Below, one piece after another: positions 23,377-31,578 of a stretch of DNA of 47,510 nt. Location: contig CAYMTT010000002.1 of NCBI GenBank assembly GCA_964393465.1, positions 1 to 47,510 on the forward strand, given 5' to 3'. Both the position numbers and the translations under genes were made by a program. The notes beneath the pieces are model-generated. The model had not been told where the DNA came from. It did no database searches and saw nothing but the letters and a program-made list of their open reading frames with translations. Position 1 is the first letter of the stretch, and each line of letters begins with the position of its first letter. The DNA is from an uncultured Candidatus Saccharibacteria bacterium (GTDB taxonomy: Bacteria > Patescibacteriota > Minisyncoccia > Minisyncoccales > MHMH01).

Positions 23377-24753
23377 ATGGGCAAATCTTTTAAAAAAATA
23401 TTCCTCGGTTCGGCCAGAAAAATCATACTGCTTTTCTTCGGCCTGGGAGTTTCCGGAATCCTCCTTCTGCCCCAGCCGGCTTCCGCTCAGCTTTGGGACA
23501 AATTGCTGGGAGGCCTAACTTTCGTTCCCAACAACATCATAAATGTTTTCTTCCAGTTCGTTCTTTTGTTTTCTGCTGCTGCGGCCGCTCTGGCTGGAGC
23601 CATTTTGAAATGGGTCCTCAGCCCGGGATTCATCAGCTGGGGATATGTTGATAACAATCCGGTGGTCCAGATAGGCCTTGGCATCACCAAAAGTTTTGTC
23701 AATATGGGCCTAGTGCTCGTTTTAATATTCATAGCTTTCGGAATAATCCTGAGGCTGAAAGAATACGAAGCCAAAAAAACCCTGTCCACCTTGATAATCG
23801 TAGCTCTTTTGGTCAACTTCGCCCCGGTCATCTGCGGGTTCATAGTGGACGCTTCCAACATCGCCATGTATTACTTTACCGATAATCTGACCGGAATGCA
23901 GAATTTGACCGACCATCTAAAAAGCATGTCAGACAACATAGCCGCCAGCATAAGGACATTAAGGGCGACTGAACAGTTTGAAGAAATTTTCAGTACGGGA
24001 GTAATGATTGCTTTTACCTGGGCCACTTTCTTCATACTTATCATTTACGCCTTTTTGTTCCTTTTCAGGTATGTTGCCATTTGGACGGCCGTTATCCTGG
24101 CCCCTCTGGCTTTCGTTTCCCGCATTCTGCCTTCAACCAGTTTCTGGAATACTTGGTGGCGGCAGTTTACCCAGTGGTGCATAATAGGGATTCCGGCAGC
24201 CTTCTTTTTGTACCTGGGAGAAAGAATAGCCTCGGACCTGGCCCCGACGGCGCTAATCGAAGGCATGGGAGCAGAATACGGCTGGATGGACTCCATTCTG
24301 CCTCATTTTGTCACTCTGGCTTTTTTGATAATGGGGTTAATGGTCGCTTTCAGCACCAGCGCCTGGGGAGCCGGAAGAATCATGGAAGGGGGCAGAAAGA
24401 TAGGAAGGAATGGTCCCGCGTTTATATTTAAAACAGCTCCCAGGATTGCTAAAAAAGCTCCCAGGATTGCGTCCGGAATATCCAGAATAACCAAACCCTC
24501 TGAAACAAGCTACAAGCAAACTTACAAACAGGCTTACCAAGCAGCCAGACAAAGAGGATGGTCGAAAAGAAAAGCTACTATAGGAGCGACTAAAAAAACG
24601 GGGCAATCTTTCGCAAGAACCGCAAGAACAGTTGCTCCGCAGCCGCCGCCCCAGGGATATAAAAAATTTGTTTTGCAAGGACTTGATAAAGCTTGGAAAA
24701 CAACTTGGGATACTGTTGTCGTGCCCCCAAAAAAGAAAAATAAAAAAACCTAA
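23377..24753 (+). CDS. polytopic membrane protein, VirB6/TrbL-like by topology and context (458 aa)
   Basis: First gene of the secretion operon. It has a signal-like N-terminus (..PQPASAQ), at least 6 hydrophobic helices and a K/R-rich C-terminal tail. The family call is contextual and not motif-proven. Confidence 0.55.
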   Translation: MGKSFKKIFLGSARKIILLFFGLGVSGILLLPQPASAQLWDKLLGGLTFVPNNIINVFFQFVLLFSAAAAALAGAILKWVLSPGFISWGYVDNNPVVQIGLGITKSFVNMGLVLVLIFIAFGIILRLKEYEAKKTLSTLIIVALLVNFAPVICGFIVDASNIAMYYFTDNLTGMQNLTDHLKSMSDNIAASIRTLRATEQFEEIFSTGVMIAFTWATFFILIIYAFLFLFRYVAIWTAVILAPLAFVSRILPSTSFWNTWWRQFTQWCIIGIPAAFFLYLGERIASDLAPTALIEGMGAEYGWMDSILPHFVTLAFLIMGLMVAFSTSAWGAGRIMEGGRKIGRNGPAFIFKTAPRIAKKAPRIASGISRITKPSETSYKQTYKQAYQAARQRGWSKRKATIGATKKTGQSFARTARTVAPQPPPQGYKKFVLQGLDKAWKTTWDTVVVPPKKKNKKT

Positions 24754-24757
24754 AAAT

Positions 24758-25189
24758 ATGATTCAAAACCCCGAAATAAACGAAATTAAAAAATCTCTTT
24801 TGGGCAAGGTTCCAGAACCCGTCCTGGAATTGGCGGGATCGGAAGAAACGGCCTCCCAAATAGCTCAGATCTGCTCTGACAATGAAGTGGAAAGTAAAGA
24901 AGAGATAGAACAAACCGCCCTTCAAATAGGATTGGTGCTTTTGGGAAAACTGAATCCAGAAAAGTTGACCGACGCCTTGAAAAAAGAGGCGGATTTGGAT
25001 CCCCAGACCGCAGAAAGGGTTTACCTTGAAGTAAACAGGCTGATTTTCTCCCAAGTAAGGGGGGAATTGGCTAAAATGTACAAAAAAGAAGAAGAAGGCA
25101 AATCCAAGATAAGAAAGGACTCTCTTCCTCCGAAAGAAGAAACCCAAGGGTCGTCTAAAAACGACACTTACAGAGAACCTATCGAATAA
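24758..25189 (+). CDS. acidic soluble protein of unknown function (143 aa)
   Basis: Start set at MIQNPEINEIKK (ATG 24758, 4 nt after the upstream stop). The listed longer ORF would overlap the upstream gene. Confidence 0.6.
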   Translation: MIQNPEINEIKKSLLGKVPEPVLELAGSEETASQIAQICSDNEVESKEEIEQTALQIGLVLLGKLNPEKLTDALKKEADLDPQTAERVYLEVNRLIFSQVRGELAKMYKKEEEGKSKIRKDSLPPKEETQGSSKNDTYREPIE

Positions 25190-25599
25190 TGGATAATTTT
25201 ACGGTTCCAAAGTTTATAGAAGAAAAACCCAAGGTGGTCGGACCTTTAACTTTCCGGCAGTTCCTTTTTGTGGGAACGGCGGCGGGCATCTGCTTGATAC
25301 TGTATTTTACCGTTCCCCTGCACATATTCCTGATCTGCGGCGTAATCCTTCTAACCGGTTCTTTCTTTCTGGCTTTCGGCAAGGTTAACGGAATACCCAT
25401 TATAATGGTGATAAAGAATTTTTTTGTTTTTCTTTCCGCTCCCAAAATTTATCTTTGGAAAAGAAAAGTGCTCCCTCCAAAATTCGTGGAGAAAGCCGCC
25501 AAACCCCCCGAAAAAGAAGATAAAAAAGATGTCCCCAGGATAGCGGAAAAAAGCCAATTAAGAGATCTTTCTACGAGAATTGAAACGGGAGTAAAATAA
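25189..25599 (+). CDS. PrgI/VirB3-like two-TM protein (136 aa)
   Basis: FTVPKFIEEKPKVVGPLTFRQFLFVG is followed by two TM helices, and the gene lies immediately upstream of VirB4-like genes. The ATG overlaps the upstream TAA (TAATG). Confidence 0.6.
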   Translation: MDNFTVPKFIEEKPKVVGPLTFRQFLFVGTAAGICLILYFTVPLHIFLICGVILLTGSFFLAFGKVNGIPIIMVIKNFFVFLSAPKIYLWKRKVLPPKFVEKAAKPPEKEDKKDVPRIAEKSQLRDLSTRIETGVK

Positions 25600-25603
25600 A
25601 AAT

Positions 25604-26242
25604 ATGAAACAACTAACCACACAATCTTTTCTGGAAATAGATCAAATAAGGGAAGGCGTCATCGTCTTGAAAGACAACTCCTTGAAAGGAGCGCTGATGG
25701 CTTCCTCTTTGAACTTCGCTTTGAAATCGGAAGAAGAGCAGACTGCCATAGTCTACCAATTCCAGAATTTCTTAAACTCTTTGGATTTCTCCTGCCAGGT
25801 GGTGATTCAGTCCAGAAAACTTAATATGACAGGATATCTGGAAAAACTGAAGGAGCTGGAAAACAAGCAGCAAAACGAGCTTCTGAAAATACAAACCAAA
25901 GAATACCACAATTTTATAAAAGAGCTGGTGGCCACGGGCGACATCATGAGCAAGTCTTTTTATGTGGTGGTTCCTTTTTACCCTCTCCAAACATGGAAAA
26001 AGGCTTCCAAAAATATATTCAAATCTTCCAAACAGCAAAAACTGACAGAGAACGATTTTCAAAGGGGAAAACAGCAGCTCTGGCAGAGAATGGAGTTCGT
26101 AGCCCTGGGCCTCAGGAGATGCGGCGTCCAGGGAGTGCCCTTGACCACCCCCGAATTGATAGAGCTTCTGTGGGGGCTCCACCATCCAAAAAGAGCCGAA
26201 GTGGGATATTATCCAGAGGTTCCTCCTGAATTATCAAGATAA
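25604..26242 (+). CDS. hypothetical protein resembling a free-standing VirB4 N-terminal domain (212 aa)
   Basis: Pattern FLEIDQIREGVIVLKDNSLKGALMASSLNFALKSEEEQTAIVYQFQNFLNSLDFSCQVVIQSRKLN parallels the N-region of the next gene (IAPSSIEIKSSWLKLGERFSKSFFIFSYPRYLNTAWFSPIINLDIPMDISLFIHP). Confidence 0.55.
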   Translation: MKQLTTQSFLEIDQIREGVIVLKDNSLKGALMASSLNFALKSEEEQTAIVYQFQNFLNSLDFSCQVVIQSRKLNMTGYLEKLKELENKQQNELLKIQTKEYHNFIKELVATGDIMSKSFYVVVPFYPLQTWKKASKNIFKSSKQQKLTENDFQRGKQQLWQRMEFVALGLRRCGVQGVPLTTPELIELLWGLHHPKRAEVGYYPEVPPELSR

Positions 26243-26251
26243 AAAATTTCT

Positions 26252-28045
26252 ATGAAACTTCCTTTTTTCGGCAAAAAAAAGAAAAAACCGCTTCCCGGAG
26301 ATCAGCTTTTCGAAGGGGAAGCCATGAGAGCGGCAGACATTATCGCCCCTTCTTCCATTGAAATTAAATCTTCCTGGCTCAAACTGGGAGAAAGGTTTTC
26401 AAAATCCTTTTTCATCTTCTCTTATCCCAGATATCTTAACACGGCCTGGTTTTCCCCTATAATCAATCTGGATATTCCCATGGATATTTCCCTGTTCATC
26501 CATCCAATAGAAGCGGGCTTGATTTTAAAGCAATTGAGAAGAAGGATAACCGAAATACAAGCAGAAATGATGGAAAGGGAAGAAAAGGGAATGATCAGGG
26601 ATCCGGCCTTGGAAACGGCCCACAACGACGTCGAAGAACTCAGAGACAGATTGCAAACCGCCCAGGAAAGAATGTTCAAAATAGGAATATATCTAACGGT
26701 ATACGCCGACACCGAAAAAGAGCTCGACAATATGGAAAACACCCTCCGCTCGATTCTGGAGGCCAAGCTGATCTATATAAAGCCGGCTCTCTACCAGCAG
26801 AAAGAGGGATTCATATCCACTTCTCCCTACTGCATGGATCAGCTGGGAGTTCACGCTTCCATGAACACCGGGCCCTTGTCCTCCACTTTTCCTTTTGTGT
26901 CTTTTGATTTAAGCTCCAACGAAGGCATACTTTACGGGGTCAACCAGCATAACAACTCTTTGGTTCTTTTTGACAGATTCAGTCTGGAAAACGCCAATAT
27001 GACCGTTTTCGGGGTGGCCGGATCCGGCAAAAGCTACGCCTTGAAACTGGAAATACTGCGCTCCCTGATGCTGGGAACAGACACTGTAATTGTCGACCCG
27101 GAAAACGAATATAAGTTTTTGTCCGACGCCGTGGGCGGCTCTTTTTTCAAAATATCTCTGGGCAGCCCCAGCCATATCAACCCTTTTGATTTGCCTATCC
27201 CCAGAGAGGATGAAAAAGCGGAAGACGTTTTGAGGTCGAACATAATAAACCTGGTGGGCTTAATGAGGCTCATGCTGGGAGGGCTGACCGCAGAAGAAGA
27301 CGCCATTATGGACAGAGCGCTGACCGAAACCTATGCTGCCAAAGACATTACTCCCGAATCCGACTTTTCCAAAGTGAGCCCTCCTTTGATGTCCGACTTG
27401 GAATCGGTTCTGAACACCATGGAAGGGGCCGAATCCCTGGTCAGAAGAGTAAGAAAATTCACCAAGGGGAGCTATGCCAACTTTTTCAACCAGCATTCCA
27501 ACGTAAACATGAAAAACAGCCTGGTGGTTTTCGGCATAAGGGATATGGAAGAAGGCCTAAGGCCCATAGCAATGTACATCATCACCCGCTACATTTGGAA
27601 CCAAATACGCTCCGAGCTCAAAAAGAGGATATTCGTGGTCGACGAAGCTTGGTGGCTGATGCATTCAGAAGACGGAGCCTCTTTCCTTTTCGGAATAGTC
27701 AAAAGGGCCAGAAAATACTGGCTGGGGGTCACCACCATCACCCAGGACGTCAACGACTTTATGAGATCCGACTACGGAAAACCGATAATCACAAACTCCG
27801 CGCTTTCTCTTTTAATGAAACAAAGCCCGGCGACCATAAACACCGTCCAGGAAACTTTCAATCTCACCGACTGGGAAAAAGACTTGCTTTTGGGATCTGC
27901 GGTGGGGGAGGGAGTGTTTTTTGCCGGCCAGAAGCATGTTTCGGTCAAGGTTACAGCTTCTTACACAGAAGACCAATTCATCACCACGGCCCCCGAAGAG
28001 GTGGCCAAAATTAAAAAAACGAGGAAAGAACAACCTTCCTCTTAA
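26252..28045 (+). CDS. VirB4/TraC/TrbE-family secretion ATPase (597 aa)
   Basis: Walker A GVAGSGKSYALK, Walker B RIFVVDEAWWLM, and the downstream motif GVTTITQDVNDF. Confidence 0.85.
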   Translation: MKLPFFGKKKKKPLPGDQLFEGEAMRAADIIAPSSIEIKSSWLKLGERFSKSFFIFSYPRYLNTAWFSPIINLDIPMDISLFIHPIEAGLILKQLRRRITEIQAEMMEREEKGMIRDPALETAHNDVEELRDRLQTAQERMFKIGIYLTVYADTEKELDNMENTLRSILEAKLIYIKPALYQQKEGFISTSPYCMDQLGVHASMNTGPLSSTFPFVSFDLSSNEGILYGVNQHNNSLVLFDRFSLENANMTVFGVAGSGKSYALKLEILRSLMLGTDTVIVDPENEYKFLSDAVGGSFFKISLGSPSHINPFDLPIPREDEKAEDVLRSNIINLVGLMRLMLGGLTAEEDAIMDRALTETYAAKDITPESDFSKVSPPLMSDLESVLNTMEGAESLVRRVRKFTKGSYANFFNQHSNVNMKNSLVVFGIRDMEEGLRPIAMYIITRYIWNQIRSELKKRIFVVDEAWWLMHSEDGASFLFGIVKRARKYWLGVTTITQDVNDFMRSDYGKPIITNSALSLLMKQSPATINTVQETFNLTDWEKDLLLGSAVGEGVFFAGQKHVSVKVTASYTEDQFITTAPEEVAKIKKTRKEQPSS

Positions 28046-28051
28046 ACTTTT

Positions 28052-28453
28052 ATGGCCGAAGAAACCGGAGGAAACGCCAATTTATTAGGACCGGAAGCCG
28101 TTCTTATGCTCACTTTAGCCTGCATGATAGACGGAGGCGAACTGGTAATAGAGCATATTCCGGGAGTCGGACAGATAATCTCGGTGGCCCTGGATATTTT
28201 CGCTTTCCTGTTTTTCGGCGTTTGGATGGTTTTTAGAAATAGCAGTGGAATCCGGGTTCCGAGCCGAACCAAAGCCAAAGCCACCAAACTGGCAAAAAGA
28301 ATCAAATGGCTGAGGCCTTTCTTCTTTGGAACCAAAAAAATCAAATGGCTGAGGCCTCTCTGCTTCGGAATAGAACTGATTCCCATATTCAGCAGCTATC
28401 TGCCTTTTTGGATTTTGATCGTCTTTTTGGAATTAAAAAACACCGAAACTTAA
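28052..28453 (+). CDS. small membrane protein with an internal 13-aa duplication (133 aa)
   Basis: Listed ORF with hydrophobic helices. KRIKWLRPFFFGT / KKIKWLRPLCFGI is a tandem duplication. Confidence 0.6.
   Translation: MAEETGGNANLLGPEAVLMLTLACMIDGGELVIEHIPGVGQIISVALDIFAFLFFGVWMVFRNSSGIRVPSRTKAKATKLAKRIKWLRPFFFGTKKIKWLRPLCFGIELIPIFSSYLPFWILIVFLELKNTET
28301..28357 (+). repeat. 18-nt direct repeat at 39-nt spacing inside the CDS
   Basis: atcaaatggctgaggcct occurs at 28301-28318 and 28340-28357. Confidence 0.85.
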
Positions 28454-30493
28454 ATGATAAGATTGAAAGAAATCCGAAAACTCTTTCTGCCTCTGCTTAT
28501 TTTTTTCTTGCTGGCCGGGGCAGGTTCCGTTTTGGCTCAAAGAGATCTGGAAGTGGATTATCCCTCCCTGCCCGGCGTGGAAATGTCTCTGAATACCGTT
28601 GAAGGGACTTCTCTGCCAGACTACGTAAAATACATATTCAACTTCGCCATAGCTCTTGCCGGAATCGCCGCCCTGGTCGCTTTGGTTATGGGAGGAATGA
28701 AATATCTTACCTCTGCCGGGGATCCTGCCAAAATGCAAGAGGCCAAAAGTCGAATTCTGGCCGCTTTCCTGGGAATAATAATCCTTTTCAGCTCATATTT
28801 CATCTTCACCACCATAAATCCAGAGCTGGTGGTTTTCGAGGTATCCGGACTGCCCGATATAAGCATTATAGAAAAATACGTGCCCTTTGAACTTCCATCT
28901 ATAAACACCTCTTTTAATGTTGAAATACCGGTGGAAACCAGGTTCAAGGGCATAGAAGAACAGGATTTTGGAGTTTTCGAGCCCAACCGCCTGGAAAAAA
29001 TCAGAGATTTTTCCATTGCGGCTGAAGAAACGGCCATAGAAACCAAAGGAATATCCAACGAACTGACAAGCCTCACTTTTCAATGCAAATGCAACTACGG
29101 ATGCAATCCTCCCGCCGGCTGCGTCCAACCTTTCTGTGAAGGAAATTGCGAATGGGTGTGTAATGAATATGGGGAAGAATGCGTTTGTGAAGGCTGCTGC
29201 GATGCGGTAAAAAAAGACACGAGTTCGGGAGCAGAAAACGGAGAGGAAAGCCAAGAAGGAGAAGTTCAAGGAGAGGTTAAGGGATGTTCCGGCGGCAGCT
29301 GTCCGATAGGCGAAGAGGAAGAGGAGGAGGAAGAAGAGGAGGAGGAAGAGGGAGGATATATGGTGGAATGCAGCAGCGACCCTTGTTGTTTGGTCAGGTC
29401 CCAAATGTCCAGCAAAATGGCAGAAAACAGAATCAAAGTTACTCAATTTGAAGAATTGATAAAACTTTTACACAGGGAAAGAACGGAAATGGAAATGGAG
29501 GCTGACCGCCTGGAAAAAGCCATGGAAATAATGCAAGAATGCCCCATTTATGGAGTCTTGAGCAGGGATAACTTCATCAGCTTGAAAGATTATTACGATC
29601 AGCACAATTGGATACTGAAAAAAATCATATACTGGGAAGAAATTCCTTATCTTTTGCCGGGTTCTTACGCCGATGTTTATTGTCCGGTGGGCGGCAATAT
29701 TTCCGAATATGTTCCAGAAAACGAAGTTACAGAAGAAACTTTAGACGAGTCCACTGAAGAATTCCAAAAATACCTGGAAGAAGGCGGAGGCTACGAAGAA
29801 GTAACCGTGGATTGCAATATACCCATACCCTTCGGGGAAGTGGTTGATTTCGGGCTCAAGGTGGCTTATGAATTCATAGAACTGGTCAAAGAACTCATAG
29901 AATTGCAAACGGAAATGATAGAAACTGTAGCCCAACTGCACGAGGCCGTTTCCGGGTGCACCTCGATGAACTGCACGGCTGAATGCGGTTGCACTCTATG
30001 TGAAGAATGCGGATGCGGAGGATTTTGCACGGGAACTCCCTGCCCCACATCGGAAATTCTTAAGGCCAACGATAAAATAGAAAAATTACAAGAACAAATA
30101 ACAGAAAAAAGAGAAGAAATAGAGGAATACATAGACGTGGAAATACCAGATTATCTTGAAGGGCCATTTACCGAAATGGCCAACAGATTCCATAATTGCC
30201 AAGCGGAGCCCGAACAATTGGAGCCCGGATATCTTTTGATGGACTGCCAACGGAGCATGGGAGGCATAGGGCCCGACGGCAAAGTCCTAGGAATTGAAGG
30301 AGGAACCCAAACCTGGGAAACCCAGGCCTGCAAATGCCAGGAATTTTCCTCTTGCAGAAGGGATTTCCACGACATTTTAGAAACTTATACCTTGGGGGGC
30401 TGCGACAATCCCACTACGGTGCTCGAATACAGATGTGAACATATAGAAAATTGCTACGAATACAATTTCTTTTGTTGCAGAATAAAAGATTAA
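28454..30493 (+). CDS. pilin-module fusion protein with two Cys-knot clusters, helical segments and a poly-Glu tract (679 aa)
   Basis: N-terminus: signal peptide, LEVDYPSLPG, LPDYVKYIFNF, helix, GGMKYLTSAGDPAKMQEAKSR, helix, TTINPELVVFE. C-terminus: CKCNYGCNPPAGCVQPFCEGNCEWVCNEYGEECVCEGCC and CTSMNCTAECGCTLCEECGCGGFCTGTPCP. Confidence 0.7.
   Translation: MIRLKEIRKLFLPLLIFFLLAGAGSVLAQRDLEVDYPSLPGVEMSLNTVEGTSLPDYVKYIFNFAIALAGIAALVALVMGGMKYLTSAGDPAKMQEAKSRILAAFLGIIILFSSYFIFTTINPELVVFEVSGLPDISIIEKYVPFELPSINTSFNVEIPVETRFKGIEEQDFGVFEPNRLEKIRDFSIAAEETAIETKGISNELTSLTFQCKCNYGCNPPAGCVQPFCEGNCEWVCNEYGEECVCEGCCDAVKKDTSSGAENGEESQEGEVQGEVKGCSGGSCPIGEEEEEEEEEEEEEGGYMVECSSDPCCLVRSQMSSKMAENRIKVTQFEELIKLLHRERTEMEMEADRLEKAMEIMQECPIYGVLSRDNFISLKDYYDQHNWILKKIIYWEEIPYLLPGSYADVYCPVGGNISEYVPENEVTEETLDESTEEFQKYLEEGGGYEEVTVDCNIPIPFGEVVDFGLKVAYEFIELVKELIELQTEMIETVAQLHEAVSGCTSMNCTAECGCTLCEECGCGGFCTGTPCPTSEILKANDKIEKLQEQITEKREEIEEYIDVEIPDYLEGPFTEMANRFHNCQAEPEQLEPGYLLMDCQRSMGGIGPDGKVLGIEGGTQTWETQACKCQEFSSCRRDFHDILETYTLGGCDNPTTVLEYRCEHIENCYEYNFFCCRIKD
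29312..29350 (+). repeat. GAR codon tract encoding 13 consecutive Glu
   Basis: gaagaggaagaggaggaggaagaagaggaggaggaagag, in frame within 28454-30493. Confidence 0.9.
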
Positions 30494-30494
30494 A

Positions 30495-31577
30495 ATGAAA
30501 GGCTTCAAATTAAAAATATTTTTGGGACTGATAATAACGATGCTCTTTTTCGCCTCGCCGATTTTCGGCCAGGAAAGACAATTGGAGCTCGATTATCCGG
30601 AAATAGAGGGTTTCTCTCCTCAAACTGTTTCCACCGGACTTCCAGACTATGTAAAATACCTGTTTAACTTCTCTTTGGGCATAGCCGCTTTGGTTTGTTT
30701 TATCGTTCTCGTTTATGCCGGCTTCCGCTGGGCGACTTCCATGGGAAATCCGGCAAAGAAACTCGATGCCAAAGACAGGGTTTTTTCCGCCTTCCTGGGG
30801 CTGACCATTTTGGTTTTTTCTTATTTGATTTTCACCACCATAAATCCAGAACTGGTTATTTTCGAAATGGCAGAGATAGAAAAAGTTCAAGAAGCCCCTC
30901 CTTCTCCTTCTCCGACAGAAAAAATGTCCATCGATCCTTTAACCAGAATCGTGAAACTGGCTCGCGATGTCAAGGGATCCGCTTATGATTTAAGCAAGGC
31001 CGGCTCCGTCCTTTATGGGGCGGTCGAAGCATGCAGCTGCGATTACGTGCGGTCTTTCTGCGACTGCGGAGGATTATCATGTATCCCCAGATTTTGTTAT
31101 GGGTATCCCTGTCTCGACAGAGACAGCATGGTGGAACATCAGAAAAAACTGGTGGAAATGATAGACCAAATTCTGTATTATAAAAACAGGGTGAACATTG
31201 AAAGGCAGCATATGGGCCCGGAGTTGGAAAGATTCCAGTTCTGGGGCACTTTGAACGAAAGCCAAAGCAGGGACCTTGTCGACAAAATGGAATCTTTGCC
31301 CGAAAAAATAATAGAAATGTCCAGAGCCGGCCAAAATCTTGTTTGGCTTCCCGAAACTTGCTCCGCTAGAAACTGCGATGCCGGCTGTACCCAAGAAAGT
31401 TGCCACGATACTCCCGGCTGCCGCTCCTTGGTTTGCACCGGAGAGAATCCTTGCAATCTTCACAAACCCTGCATGTCCGCCGAAGCGGGCGAAGATGAAA
31501 CCGACGTCGAATTTATGAAAAGAATGTACCAAGAGATATCCGATATTTGCGACGCCATAATTAACATTCTGGAATAA
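30495..31577 (+). CDS. pilin-module fusion protein with a Cys-rich C-terminal domain (360 aa)
   Basis: It has the same N-terminal module (LELDYPEIEG, LPDYVKYLFNF, GFRWATSMGNPAKKLDAKDR, TTINPELVIFE). C-terminus: CSCDYVRSFCDCGGLSCIPRFCYGYPC and CSARNCDAGCTQESCHDTPGCRSLVCTGENPC. Confidence 0.7.
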   Translation: MKGFKLKIFLGLIITMLFFASPIFGQERQLELDYPEIEGFSPQTVSTGLPDYVKYLFNFSLGIAALVCFIVLVYAGFRWATSMGNPAKKLDAKDRVFSAFLGLTILVFSYLIFTTINPELVIFEMAEIEKVQEAPPSPSPTEKMSIDPLTRIVKLARDVKGSAYDLSKAGSVLYGAVEACSCDYVRSFCDCGGLSCIPRFCYGYPCLDRDSMVEHQKKLVEMIDQILYYKNRVNIERQHMGPELERFQFWGTLNESQSRDLVDKMESLPEKIIEMSRAGQNLVWLPETCSARNCDAGCTQESCHDTPGCRSLVCTGENPCNLHKPCMSAEAGEDETDVEFMKRMYQEISDICDAIINILE

Positions 31578-31578
31578 T

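Noticed and set aside
24632-24757. A 5-prime extension of the 185-aa ORF overlapping the end of the VirB6-like gene.
   Set aside because: An internal ATG at 24758, 4 nt after the upstream stop, gives a compact operon arrangement. The extension is basic nonsense in an alternative frame.
29312-29350. A GAG/GAA microsatellite-like tract considered as a possible non-coding repeat.
   Set aside because: It is in frame within a long ORF and simply encodes 13 Glu. It is not a spacer-repeat array.
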